A stretch of DNA of 64,000 nucleotides from a virus, in the IMG/VR virus record IMGVR_UViG_3300017963_000228, positions 1 to 64,000 of that record; one strand, given 5' to 3'. Below the pieces are notes generated by a model that did no database searches, was not told the DNA's origin, and worked only from the letters and a program-made list of their open reading frames with translations. Position numbers and translations under genes: made by a program. Of the stretch, positions 1-9,716 are shown piece after piece (the stretch's first letter is position 1; every line of letters starts with the position of its first letter).

Positions 1-19
1 GAAAAAGGGATAATTGATA

Positions 20-628
20 ATGGCAAAGGGAAAAAGTTTTGAAAGAGATACAAGCAGAGAATTATCCTCTTGGCTAACCAATGGAAAAGATGATGATGCC
101 GTATGGTATACCAAATCATCTGGTGGTAGAGCTACAAGAAGAAAAAAACTGTATAATGAATCACGAAAGTATGATCATGGAGATCTTGGACCTGATGATT
201 CAACAACAGAATATTTCTTTGATCGATTTAGCATTGAATTAAAAACAGGATATGCATCAAAGCGTAAAAAAAGCTATCAATTATGGTCTATACTGGATGC
301 ATTAGATTCAAATCAAAGTACGCCTTGGTTCTATCAGTTTTGGACTGAAGCTAAGATAGATGCTGATGCATCTAAACGTGAGCCAATGCTGATTTTCAGA
401 CGTTTACGGAGATTGCCATGTATTGCCATGCATGAAGATATTTTCAATCAATTTAAAAAGTGCGCTCTTGATGCACCCATTGATCATATAACTGTTAATA
501 TCAACAATGAACATCCTGTAACCGTTGCTAATATGCGTCATTTTTTCTATTGGACAAAAGGAATGATGAATCAAATATTCATAAGTTTTAGAATTAACAG
601 AGCAATTATGCATAGGAGACATGGATGA
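20..628 (+). CDS. Holliday junction resolvase, PD-(D/E)xK (Hjc / T5 D14-like)
   Basis: KGKSFER..SSGGRA..GDL..SIELKTGY..EPMLIFRR motif order. ATG at 20 follows AAGGGA; the track used TTG at 14. Confidence 0.75.
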   Translation: MAKGKSFERDTSRELSSWLTNGKDDDAVWYTKSSGGRATRRKKLYNESRKYDHGDLGPDDSTTEYFFDRFSIELKTGYASKRKKSYQLWSILDALDSNQSTPWFYQFWTEAKIDADASKREPMLIFRRLRRLPCIAMHEDIFNQFKKCALDAPIDHITVNINNEHPVTVANMRHFFYWTKGMMNQIFISFRINRAIMHRRHG

Positions 629-1188
629 AAAAGAAAAAGAAAACATTAACACGTCATGCAAATTGGAGGTTTGAAGATCGAACCGACCAATCTGTAAGTC
701 GTAAGAAGATAATCAATTATCTTCAAAATGGTGGTGAAATTATATATGCTAAACGATTGACCATTACCCGATCTTTAGCCTATCTGCCAATTGATAATGA
801 AATATTCAAAGTCATTATCAATCGTAAGAGTAGAATTATTGTGTCTATTCTTCCTTGGCAGGATGTATTCAAAGCTACATTCATATTCTTCAGTAAATAT
901 TACGATGAAAAAGATTATATCGTAGAATTATATCCTGATTGCTTTTTAGAAACAAAATCAAAACATGCTCTTACCAAAATCTATATGGGTAAAGATAAAA
1001 AACCAATTGGATATAATCATCCTTTCTTTGAAGGATTATTTGAAGCTGCATGGAATATGCATTTAGCTGGGAGAAAAATAAATGGTAAAAAAACTGAAGC
1101 TAAAGAGCAAACCACAACGTTTGAATTTGAAAAAAAAGAAGACAATAATAAAATCGAATCAGAAGAATCAACATACTGCAACCTATGA
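625..1188 (+). CDS. hypothetical protein with a THAxxR-type N-terminus (possible RelE-like fold)
   Basis: ATGA overlap with the previous stop; LTRHANWRFEDR motif. The last 107 nt overlap the next ORF. Confidence 0.5.
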   Translation: MKKKKKTLTRHANWRFEDRTDQSVSRKKIINYLQNGGEIIYAKRLTITRSLAYLPIDNEIFKVIINRKSRIIVSILPWQDVFKATFIFFSKYYDEKDYIVELYPDCFLETKSKHALTKIYMGKDKKPIGYNHPFFEGLFEAAWNMHLAGRKINGKKTEAKEQTTTFEFEKKEDNNKIESEESTYCNL

Positions 1189-1510
1189 TAAGTTTTTTAT
1201 TAATAAAGTTAGTGAAAAAACACATACCCCTGAAGAAGCATTGACAATATTGCTGGAACAAAGGAATAAAGCTCCATTTGTAAATGAAAAAAACAAATGG
1301 TTTGAGATCAATGAATATTTACCACCAATAAAGTCAATACAAATAATGACTTTTGAACGCAATAGCAGTTATGTAATTCATGATTGTGTCAATTCTTGGG
1401 CTTTTCTACAACACTACCTTTTAAATAAATATTATTACACTGATAAAACTGGATGGTCTAAAAGAATATCTCATTTTATGATTTTGGGTGAACCCGATGT
1501 TGATAAGTGA
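1082..1510 (+). CDS. hypothetical protein with a basic N-terminal tail
   Basis: GGAG upstream of ATG; fills the gap to the next gene. Confidence 0.55.
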   Translation: MVKKLKLKSKPQRLNLKKKKTIIKSNQKNQHTATYDKFFINKVSEKTHTPEEALTILLEQRNKAPFVNEKNKWFEINEYLPPIKSIQIMTFERNSSYVIHDCVNSWAFLQHYLLNKYYYTDKTGWSKRISHFMILGEPDVDK

Positions 1511-2564
1511 AATAATACTCCACAATTTTCAAATTCATAAAGACCTACATATTAAGTTACAGCCGGGAGTCAATGTCATTCTTGGTGATACTGATGCTGG
1601 TAAGTCAGCAATCATCAGAGCATTGAAATTGATTCTTGATAATCAACCCCGTAGTGGTGAATCCATATTTCAAAATAAACACAATAAAGATCCTCTTAGC
1701 ATTGAAATCGTACATGCTAATGGTAGTCGTGTTAAAAGGGAAAAGCGCCGATACTATCTTAATGGAGAATTATTAAAAGCATTCGGTACAGATACCCTTG
1801 CGCCTATCAAAGAACTATTTCCACTAAAGGATATCAATTGGCAACGACAATTAGAACCTCATTTTCTTGTTCTTCAAACTGGTGGTGGTGCAACTAAATT
1901 ATTAAATGCTTCTACTGGAATGGAAGATCAAGAACTATTAATCAAAGAAGTTAAAACGAAGATAACTGAATCAAAATCCAATATTAAACGAATCAGTAAA
2001 AATAATGAGGAACATAAGGAAACTATAGATCGATTGCAAAATGTTAATCGATTTATGGATGATGCTCTATATATAAAAGCCGAAATAGATCAATATTATG
2101 ATCTTACTAATACTAATAAAGAATTAAGAATAATATTAGATAAAATCTATCAATGTCGTAAAAATAGAATCAATATTAAAATAATAAATGATCGATTAAA
2201 AGATATTACAACCATTGAAAGTGGAATTAAATCAATCAAAGGTAAAAAAGCAATAATTGCTGGTTTACAGGATTTACTCAATCACTTAAAAGAAGCACAA
2301 ATAGAAGTTCATAATAAACGTATCTATAACAAGCGTCTTCACTCCATAAATTTGATAATTGAGAAACACAATCAATTTTTCAAAACTACTTCAATAATAA
2401 AACAATTATTCAAGCTAATCCAACAAATCCAACAAATCAAAAAGGATAAAATTGCTGCTAAAAAGGAATACAAACGATTAGAGAAAAAATTGAATAATTA
2501 CCTTCTTGAGTTAGGCTATTGTCCCACTTGTGGAAGATCTATAACGGAGGAACACAAATGCTAA
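1497..2564 (+). CDS. Rad50/SbcC-like ATPase, N-terminal half (Walker A, coiled coil, zinc hook)
   Basis: LHNFQIH; Walker A GDTDAGKS; Q-loop WQRQ; long coiled coil; ends in CPTCG. No signature motif or Walker B. Confidence 0.85.
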   Translation: MLISEIILHNFQIHKDLHIKLQPGVNVILGDTDAGKSAIIRALKLILDNQPRSGESIFQNKHNKDPLSIEIVHANGSRVKREKRRYYLNGELLKAFGTDTLAPIKELFPLKDINWQRQLEPHFLVLQTGGGATKLLNASTGMEDQELLIKEVKTKITESKSNIKRISKNNEEHKETIDRLQNVNRFMDDALYIKAEIDQYYDLTNTNKELRIILDKIYQCRKNRINIKIINDRLKDITTIESGIKSIKGKKAIIAGLQDLLNHLKEAQIEVHNKRIYNKRLHSINLIIEKHNQFFKTTSIIKQLFKLIQQIQQIKKDKIAAKKEYKRLEKKLNNYLLELGYCPTCGRSITEEHKC

Positions 2565-3490
2565 TTCTACATGTTGGGGATGGTCATCTTACCGGAAAGA
2601 ATCCAATAGCAAGGGTAGATGATATTGTAGAAGTTCAATTTAATAAATGGAAGGAAATTGTACGCATAGCCAATAAATTTAACTGTCCTATTATTACACC
2701 GGGAGATATCTTAAATGTTCCAATTATTGCGAATTCAATTCTTACACGTTTTGGTAGCATTCTGCAAGCTCTTGAGCATCCTATCTTTTTTACTTGGGGT
2801 AATCATGATCTTATGTATCACTCCCTTGATATGTGGAATCGCACTTCTTTGGGTGTTCTTTGGTCTAACAGCCCAAAGGTTAAACACATCTCCCAATTCC
2901 AAAGAGATTATGGAATAGCATGGGATTACATTGATTGGAATCAAGAATTAGTCAGTAATAATTCTCCTTTTTTACTTACACATAAAGCGGTTGTCTACAC
3001 CAAACAAATTGGTAAAAATTCTTGGATTCTTGATGATCCTGATTTTGCCTATAATATTGATGACGATAAATTCTTGGAGAAATACAAATTAATTATTTGT
3101 GGTCATTGGCACCGTCAATATCAATTTAAAAGAAAAAATACCACTGTTATCAATGCTGGTGTTATTTTAAGAAGAACAATAGAAGAAAAAGATATTCCCT
3201 GTGTTAATCTGATTAATCTGGATAATATGTTACGTACAAAAATTAAGTTAAAGTCAGCTAAACCTACAAGTGAAGTTATATCCAAAAAACACCTAAATGA
3301 AAAAATACATATTGTACAACATGATATCAAACAATTTGTTGATTCATTAAGAAATACCAAAATAAAAAATTCAGCTAAATTCCTTGATAATTTAATGAAC
3401 CTATTAGATAACCATGAATTAAATCCAGCAATTGAAAATATATTACGACAAATGATTGCTCAAGTTATGGAGAAGAAAGGGGGGCAATAA
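2558..3490 (+). CDS. Mre11/SbcD-like metallophosphoesterase nuclease
   Basis: DGH, GDI, GNHD, THK and GHWH motifs; GGAGG before ATG 2558. Confidence 0.9.
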   Translation: MLILHVGDGHLTGKNPIARVDDIVEVQFNKWKEIVRIANKFNCPIITPGDILNVPIIANSILTRFGSILQALEHPIFFTWGNHDLMYHSLDMWNRTSLGVLWSNSPKVKHISQFQRDYGIAWDYIDWNQELVSNNSPFLLTHKAVVYTKQIGKNSWILDDPDFAYNIDDDKFLEKYKLIICGHWHRQYQFKRKNTTVINAGVILRRTIEEKDIPCVNLINLDNMLRTKIKLKSAKPTSEVISKKHLNEKIHIVQHDIKQFVDSLRNTKIKNSAKFLDNLMNLLDNHELNPAIENILRQMIAQVMEKKGGQ

Positions 3491-3559
3491 TAGGAACACA
3501 TTTTAACTTGAATGATTGAGATTTTGACTTTTTAAAAATTTTGGGAGGAGAAATTCAAA

Positions 3560-3811
3560 ATGTTAGAAATTGTACGTAAGGCAGTTAAAATCGAAGATAA
3601 GTACTGGTCTGTTTACAGTAACACACGTCATGAAGAAGGAGACTTTAAGGCGCAATTTCATTGTGCTATCTGTGATCCTGAAGGAAAGAAATTTTATCCT
3701 AAACTTGTTAAAGTAGATAGTTTTCTCGTATGTGGACACTGTGTTATGAACATGACTAAGGCATTAAATAAAGCAACCATCAGTGATTGTAAAAAAGGAG
3801 AAAGGCATTGA
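3560..3811 (+). CDS. small zinc-finger protein
   Basis: GGAGGAG RBS; CAIC...CGHC. Confidence 0.65.
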   Translation: MLEIVRKAVKIEDKYWSVYSNTRHEEGDFKAQFHCAICDPEGKKFYPKLVKVDSFLVCGHCVMNMTKALNKATISDCKKGERH

Positions 3812-3942
3812 AATCAGAGGAACAGATCAGAAGGAAATTAGAAGAAGTTAAAGAAAAAAGAAGTAACTGTCCATTTCGATTCATTGAAATTTACAAAGAA
3901 AAAATTAGAACATTACAATGGGTATTGGAGGAAAAAAAATGA
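3808..3942 (+). CDS. 44-aa hypothetical protein absent from the ORF track (MKSEEQIRRKLEEVKEKRSNCPFRFIEIYKEKIRTLQWVLEEKK)
   Basis: AAGGAG RBS; TTG start overlaps the upstream TGA and its own TGA overlaps the next ATG, exactly filling the gap. Confidence 0.65.
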   Translation: MKSEEQIRRKLEEVKEKRSNCPFRFIEIYKEKIRTLQWVLEEKK

Positions 3943-4691
3943 AACCTGTTTTTATTGAAGCAAGAGATCTAAACGATGCTTATTTCACATTACTTTGGGA
4001 ACTGTGGAATCATGGACATGAATACAAAATTGATGCAGGATCTTTTGCTGGATCAAAACGATTGGAATTCTATTATGCAGCAGGATTCATTCGTAATCCT
4101 CATGCAAGACCATTAGCACCTATAATGCCACAAGGTATTCCTCCGACAACCACTGATGAAAAGCTGGAACAGGATTATTTTCCAAACTATCTGATGGACC
4201 CCTTTCTTTCAAAAAATGAGCATTACCGTTATTCTTCATGGATTAATGGAACAGAACACTACTCTGAATTTGGCCGAATGTCAGAGCATCCGACAGATGA
4301 AACACCTATTGAATGGGTAATTCGACACTTCAAAGAAAAAGGATATCATAATAATCATTGCTACATTAACATTGGTAATGTTGATTCTGGTTTCAATTAT
4401 GATATTCCCTATACTAATGAAGCTAATCGTTTAACATCACCTTGTTTTCGTGGAATTGATTTTAAAATAAAAGATGAAATGCTTTTAACATCCGTTGTTT
4501 TTCGTTCATGGGATCTCTATGCTGGTTTCCCTGAAAACATGGGTGGATTCACATTGCTCAATGAATACGTAGCTGGCGAACTAAACATTCAACCGGGACC
4601 ACTATCCTTTGCATCGCAAGGTCTTCATGCTTACGACTATCAAATAGAACCAATTGCTGCTATTCTAAATAAAGAATACAGTCTATTCTAA
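3939..4691 (+). CDS. thyA: thymidylate synthase family (short ThyA type, dUMP-specific)
   Basis: Catalytic SPC; FRSWDLYAGFPEN with Asn at the specificity position; GLHAY. Confidence 0.8.
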   Translation: MKPVFIEARDLNDAYFTLLWELWNHGHEYKIDAGSFAGSKRLEFYYAAGFIRNPHARPLAPIMPQGIPPTTTDEKLEQDYFPNYLMDPFLSKNEHYRYSSWINGTEHYSEFGRMSEHPTDETPIEWVIRHFKEKGYHNNHCYINIGNVDSGFNYDIPYTNEANRLTSPCFRGIDFKIKDEMLLTSVVFRSWDLYAGFPENMGGFTLLNEYVAGELNIQPGPLSFASQGLHAYDYQIEPIAAILNKEYSLF

Positions 4692-4705
4692 ATAAAGAAT
4701 ACAGT
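4660..4705. repeat. perfect 23-bp tandem duplication (ctattctaaataaagaatacagt x2)
   Basis: Copies read at 4660-4682 and 4683-4705. Confidence 0.95.
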
Positions 4706-4750
4706 AAAGAACCACATATTCGATAACCCAAAGGCGATTTGGAGATCATC

Positions 4751-5005
4751 ATGCCAACTGAGGAAGAAAAAAATATTACTGAAATAAAAGAAATGCTTGA
4801 ACAGAAAAAAGCAATGTCTGACAGAGCTGAAGTGCAAGAAGAATTCCTTCTTAAACAATTAAAGGAAACGTTTGATGTTAATTCAGTTGAAGAAGGAGAA
4901 GAATTAATTAAACAATTAACAGAAGAAGCAGAAGAAAACAAAAAGGAAAACAGTAAACTATTTAACGATCTCATAGATCGCTTAGAAAAAGATGGAATAT
5001 TATGA
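4751..5005 (+). CDS. small acidic coiled-coil protein, probable partner of the split Rad50
   Basis: GGAG RBS; heptad-like E/K/L content; ATGA-coupled to the Rad50 C-half. Confidence 0.7.
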   Translation: MPTEEEKNITEIKEMLEQKKAMSDRAEVQEEFLLKQLKETFDVNSVEEGEELIKQLTEEAEENKKENSKLFNDLIDRLEKDGIL

Positions 5006-5577
5006 TAGACACAATCATAGATCGTTTAAATAAGTTACAAACTGAATACAATCTTGCAAAAAAGAAGTATTCAAAAAATGTCATAGCCATAGCAAAGGAG
5101 AAAAAGTATATTGAACAACTGGAATTATGCAAAGCTATTCTGATAAAAGTTGGAGAAGATACCCAAAAAGAGCTAAAAAAGTATATCGAAGAAACAACCA
5201 CCATGGCACTACAAACCGTGTATGGTGATGACTATGAATTCCTGATAGAATTTGACTATACCAAACGAGATCAGATTGAAATCCGCTTTTTTATCAAGCA
5301 TTTAGGAATCAAATTAGAACCCCGAAAAGATACTTGCGGTGGCGGCGTAATTGATGTATGCTCATTTGCGCTTCGCATGATATGTCTAACGTTAGAAGAA
5401 CCCGATGTTGCTGCGGTTTTAATCCTTGATGAACCATTTAAAAATGTTTCTGCTAAATATGTTCCCTTGGTTGGACAAACAATTGTTGACATTGCTGATT
5501 TATTAAATCTTCAAATCATTATGGTTACGCACATCGAAGGATTTATTGAAACCGCTAACAATTTAATCTACATCTAA
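5002..5577 (+). CDS. Rad50/SbcC-like ATPase, C-terminal half
   Basis: Short coil, signature-like CGGG, Walker B LILDEP, H-loop MVTH. Confidence 0.85.
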   Translation: MIDTIIDRLNKLQTEYNLAKKKYSKNVIAIAKEKKYIEQLELCKAILIKVGEDTQKELKKYIEETTTMALQTVYGDDYEFLIEFDYTKRDQIEIRFFIKHLGIKLEPRKDTCGGGVIDVCSFALRMICLTLEEPDVAAVLILDEPFKNVSAKYVPLVGQTIVDIADLLNLQIIMVTHIEGFIETANNLIYI

Positions 5578-6398
5578 TGAAGAAAGGATTTAAAGTAATG
5601 TCAGGAATGCCACAACCTATTGAACCGGGATTGTATGATGGTCTAAAAGTATTCTCATTTGATTCTTCGCACTTCTTAAATATCGATTTAAAACTTCTTG
5701 ACATTTTTTGTGTAGCTGGAGATAGCATACTGTCTAAAGGAATTCGCTTTGTTACAAAAAATCAAAATCCAGATCGTGAATCCGAATTTAATCATACGGG
5801 TATTTTATCCGGTGGATCATGCACCCTTGAGTGTCTTTGGACATTAACAAGTAAAAATCTTTTCTATCACTATCAGGGTAAAAGAATATTAATTGGACGT
5901 TGGAATAAAATAAATGATAATTTAAGATTAAAAGCAATGTTAGCGACCAATAAACATATTGGTCAAATCTACCCTGCTTATCGCATTCCCCTTCATCTTA
6001 TCAATATAGCACATATATTCCACTGGAAAAAATTAGTATGTTCTGAATACGTTGCTAAAGTTCTTTTTAAAGCTGGCGCAAGGCATCACAATTTCTATGG
6101 CACCAATCCAGATCACTTAGCTGATGAAATTAGATGTGCTTTGAATGAAGAACGCACTGGTCCCAAGTATACTATTCTTTATGATGATTATCTTCCTGTT
6201 TTTTATTATCGGTATTGTCCTCTATGTAATAGTGTTCATCCAACACCTTATTTTAAAAATAAACTAATGTCTGTACATGAATGTCCAATACACAAACAGC
6301 CCTTAATGGAAATTACCCCTTCCTTCCAGTATAAGTATCCTATCATTAAAAAAATAATTAATTACGAAATAGACCTTACCAATTATATAACCAAATAA
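5577..6398 (+). CDS. permuted papain-like NlpC/P60 (YiiX/YebB-like) protein with a C-terminal Zn ribbon
   Basis: His (FNHTGI) precedes Cys (LVCSEYVA); CPLC...CPIH at the C-terminus. Confidence 0.6.
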   Translation: MKKGFKVMSGMPQPIEPGLYDGLKVFSFDSSHFLNIDLKLLDIFCVAGDSILSKGIRFVTKNQNPDRESEFNHTGILSGGSCTLECLWTLTSKNLFYHYQGKRILIGRWNKINDNLRLKAMLATNKHIGQIYPAYRIPLHLINIAHIFHWKKLVCSEYVAKVLFKAGARHHNFYGTNPDHLADEIRCALNEERTGPKYTILYDDYLPVFYYRYCPLCNSVHPTPYFKNKLMSVHECPIHKQPLMEITPSFQYKYPIIKKIINYEIDLTNYITK

Positions 6399-6413
6399 TA
6401 CAGGGGAAGTGCT

Positions 6414-6845
6414 ATGTTTTGCAAGAAGTTCAAATGCACTTTATCCACGGATGCCTGTATTAAACGTCAGATACTTATAAAGGAAGGGTTGATAATAAAA
6501 GAATTAAAATCATCATTTGATCAATGCCTTCAATGCAATCAGGGAAAAAGAGTAATTAAAAATCCAAAAAGATTCATTAACAGAGATGTTAGAATCCTGA
6601 TGGCAAAACAAATACAGGTAATAGAGGATAGAGGATTTGTATTAAAATTAAGTACTCTTGAAATCGAAGACACACTATGGAGGAAGCACAATGAAAAATG
6701 TATTAACGGATCAATCAAGCGAACGGTTACTTCAGGGGGAAGAATTATTAAATTTCATGGATTGCAACGGCATACTTCAAGAAATAAATCGTACATTCCT
6801 TCATCCCTTAGGAATAGAATTAAGACCAAACTACGAAAAAAATGA
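6414..6845 (+). CDS. Cys-rich hypothetical protein
   Basis: AGGGG RBS; CKKFKC..C..CLQC. The last 155 nt overlap the next gene. Confidence 0.5.
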   Translation: MFCKKFKCTLSTDACIKRQILIKEGLIIKELKSSFDQCLQCNQGKRVIKNPKRFINRDVRILMAKQIQVIEDRGFVLKLSTLEIEDTLWRKHNEKCINGSIKRTVTSGGRIIKFHGLQRHTSRNKSYIPSSLRNRIKTKLRKK

Positions 6846-7350
6846 ATTTGAATTTTATACCAGTGATGATCCCAAAGGATATTTGCTGGACAAAATATCT
6901 CAAATGAAACGACAGGCATTTCAAAAATTCAATCTTCGTAGACAAACAGAACGTAATAAATTGTTGGGTTTTGGTATTCAAACTCAGGATCTATTCCGAT
7001 CTGAAAACATGACCAAATTAGCTGGCCTTGTCCTTGCACCAGATCGTGTTAAAATTGAAGCGATCACTGCTTGTTTTAATATTTTTTGTCACATCGTTTA
7101 TTCCAAAATCATGAGTAAACATAAAAAGTACGATAGCAATTTTGATCCAGAACAATTTTCCAAAGATGAATTGCTGGAAAATTTAAGAAAAAATTTAAGG
7201 GATGAAGATTGGGTTGATGTTGCAGCACTTGCCATGATGTTCAATCAAAAGGATGAATTACAAAAATCCATGGTAAAATGTTTAGAATACCGTGATAAAT
7301 ATTATGAGAACCAAAAGAAATTAGAAGAATCAAAGAAAGGAATTAAGTAA
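6691..7350 (+). CDS. hypothetical protein; C-terminal helical DWVDVAALAMM motif weakly recalls all-alpha NTP pyrophosphatases
   Basis: GGAGG before ATG 6691; TAATG coupling to RNR. Confidence 0.55.
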   Translation: MKNVLTDQSSERLLQGEELLNFMDCNGILQEINRTFLHPLGIELRPNYEKNEFEFYTSDDPKGYLLDKISQMKRQAFQKFNLRRQTERNKLLGFGIQTQDLFRSENMTKLAGLVLAPDRVKIEAITACFNIFCHIVYSKIMSKHKKYDSNFDPEQFSKDELLENLRKNLRDEDWVDVAALAMMFNQKDELQKSMVKCLEYRDKYYENQKKLEESKKGIK

Positions 7351-9716
7351 TGTACAGTGAGAATGCAATCGCAGTATATAAACGTTTATACTTTGATCAG
7401 TTGAGAAATGAATCTGAACCTTGGGAAGTACATACCAGAGTTGCCAATGCAATTGGTAAATCTCCACAAGAAATAGAAGAATTTGAAAATATATTAAATG
7501 AAAAAATATTTCGTCCCAATAGTCCCTGCATGATAAATGCTGGTCGTAGATCTGATAAGGCACATGATAAACAATTGGCAGCTTGCTTTGTGCTGGGCCT
7601 TGAGGATTCAATGGAATCCATCATTGAAATGTGGGGAGTATGCTCTAAAATATATGCATCCGGTGCTGGATCAGGTATTCCCATTACCAATCTTCGTGAA
7701 AATTCATCTCCTATTTCTACTGGTGGTATTGCTTCCGGTCCACTTCGTTATTTACGAGTTGTTGATTTAATAAGCGATACCGTTAAATCTGGTGGACGAT
7801 CAAGACGTGCCGCCAATATTGGTGTATTCCGATATGATCATCCTGAAGCAATGGATATCATTACTGCTAAATCAAATGGAAATGAAACATTACAAAGTTT
7901 CAATCTATCCATGTCGATTGATGATGAATTCATGCGTAAAGTAATGGAACAAGGAGAAGCAAATAAAGCTGTTAATATTGTTTCTCCTAATAAAAAACAA
8001 ATAGTAGGCACAGTCAATGCCGATGAAATATGGAATAAGGTCGTAAAATCAGCTTGGGAATGTGGTGATCCCGGCCTTTTATTTATCAATGCAGCAAACA
8101 AATACAATGCATTTCCGTCCGTCAGTAAAATTGATTGCACCAATCCTTGTGGTGAAGTTCCCCTACCACCTTGGAGTGTATGTAACATTGGTTCAATTAA
8201 TATAGTTCCTTTTATCCGTACCTCTCCCGGTATGGCTGATCCTGATTTTAAACCATTCTTTAATTGGGATGCCTTTAAAGAAAGTACATTTACAGCCGTA
8301 AAATTTCTGGATAATGTCATTGATGTATCAACATACATTCATCATAAATTTAAAGAGAATAGCCAATCACAACGTCCAATCGGTTTAGGTATAATGGGTT
8401 TTGCTGATGCCTGTATTAAGCTTGGTATCAGCTACGGTTCTGATGAATCCATACAATTTTTTGAAAGAATTTGTTTTGAATTAACCAAAAATGCAATCGA
8501 TGCTTCCATATCCCTTATTGAAAAGGAAGGTCGGACACCAATTGCTATACCTGAAAAAGATTTAAATCATTTTGTAAAATTACTGAAACACTATACTAAA
8601 AATGATGAAGAAATCATTCAACGCTTTGTCCATTTTGGTATTCGTAATTCCACATGGTCTTGCATTGCTCCAACAGGATCTATATCAATCAGTTCCGATT
8701 GTTCTTATGCTTGGGAACCTTTAATGGCACTGGTTTGGGAGAAACCACTGGTCGATTGCAATGACGTTTTAAAAATAGTACATCAGGATTTTGAAAACGA
8801 TTTAACAAAATGGATTCGTAGTAATATACATGATAGCAGTAAAAATGAAACTGAAGTTCAAAGACGTAAAACGATTATTATGAATAAGATCGTTGAAAAT
8901 CATGGATCAATTCAAAATCTAACTGAATTGCCCGAAAGTATGCGAAAACTATATAAGGTAGCTCATGATATTGATCCAATGCGTAAAATTGATATGCAAG
9001 CAGCAGGACAAAAATATATTTCTCTGGCTATTTCTTCTACATGTAATCTTCCCAATACCGCAACAATAGAAGATGTTGATAACATTTATCGTGAAGCATA
9101 TAAAAAAGGTCTGAAAGGTGTTACCGTATTCAGAGATGGTTGCCGTGATTCAGTTGTTCACTTTGGTAAAATGAAACGCAAAGAAGATCAAGTTATAGGA
9201 TTTGATCGCCCCATCAAACGTGTTGGGGAAACAGTTGAAATTAAAACTCCCTATGGTAAACTGTTTATCACTTGTAATTTTGATAATAAAAAGAAACCAT
9301 TTGAAATCTTCTTCCGCGTTGGAAAACAAGGAGCATTGACCAATGTTCTGATTGATGCTTTGGGACGTGTCTGTTCTAAAGCATTACAGGGTGGTATCCC
9401 TATGGATATTATCATTGATACCCTTCGTGGATTAAAAGGTGAGAAATTTTGGTTCAAAATCTCTGATGATATGACCAAAAGTGATAGTGCTGAATCAATC
9501 GTTGATGCCATTGCTAAATTGATTGAGTATCATTGGGATCAGAAAAACAAACGAGTAGATGCATTCATGGAATCCAATATCGGTGATGTTAATATGGATT
9601 GTATTTCTAAAACACAACAGGATACGTGTCCTATTTGTTATCGGAATACATTAAGACATGACACTGGTTGCCGTGGTGGTTATTGTACGGCTTGTGGCTA
9701 TAGTTCATGTGAATAA
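7350..9716 (+). CDS. nrdJ: class II (adenosylcobalamin-dependent) ribonucleotide reductase with TSCPD domain and C-terminal Zn ribbon
   Basis: PNSP, ACF, GGRSRRAA, TNPCGE, IAPTGSIS, KGVTVFRDG; TPYGKLFIT..PFEIF TSCPD region; CPIC..CTACG. No small subunit nearby. Confidence 0.9.
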   Translation: MYSENAIAVYKRLYFDQLRNESEPWEVHTRVANAIGKSPQEIEEFENILNEKIFRPNSPCMINAGRRSDKAHDKQLAACFVLGLEDSMESIIEMWGVCSKIYASGAGSGIPITNLRENSSPISTGGIASGPLRYLRVVDLISDTVKSGGRSRRAANIGVFRYDHPEAMDIITAKSNGNETLQSFNLSMSIDDEFMRKVMEQGEANKAVNIVSPNKKQIVGTVNADEIWNKVVKSAWECGDPGLLFINAANKYNAFPSVSKIDCTNPCGEVPLPPWSVCNIGSINIVPFIRTSPGMADPDFKPFFNWDAFKESTFTAVKFLDNVIDVSTYIHHKFKENSQSQRPIGLGIMGFADACIKLGISYGSDESIQFFERICFELTKNAIDASISLIEKEGRTPIAIPEKDLNHFVKLLKHYTKNDEEIIQRFVHFGIRNSTWSCIAPTGSISISSDCSYAWEPLMALVWEKPLVDCNDVLKIVHQDFENDLTKWIRSNIHDSSKNETEVQRRKTIIMNKIVENHGSIQNLTELPESMRKLYKVAHDIDPMRKIDMQAAGQKYISLAISSTCNLPNTATIEDVDNIYREAYKKGLKGVTVFRDGCRDSVVHFGKMKRKEDQVIGFDRPIKRVGETVEIKTPYGKLFITCNFDNKKKPFEIFFRVGKQGALTNVLIDALGRVCSKALQGGIPMDIIIDTLRGLKGEKFWFKISDDMTKSDSAESIVDAIAKLIEYHWDQKNKRVDAFMESNIGDVNMDCISKTQQDTCPICYRNTLRHDTGCRGGYCTACGYSSCE

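Noticed and set aside
3939-4691. dCMP hydroxymethylase with GT-mediated DNA glycosylation
   Set aside because: The specificity residue is Asn, not Asp; the GTs are GT9-like and sit in the late operon; apparent CCWGG avoidance argues against protected cytosines.
1497-5577. Rad50 halves as pseudogene fragments
   Set aside because: Both halves keep catalytic motifs and coupled starts, and intact genes separate them rather than a frameshift.
7350-9716. Intein or intron in RNR or the helicases
   Set aside because: Lengths are normal, motifs are contiguous, and there are no splice or homing-endonuclease signatures.
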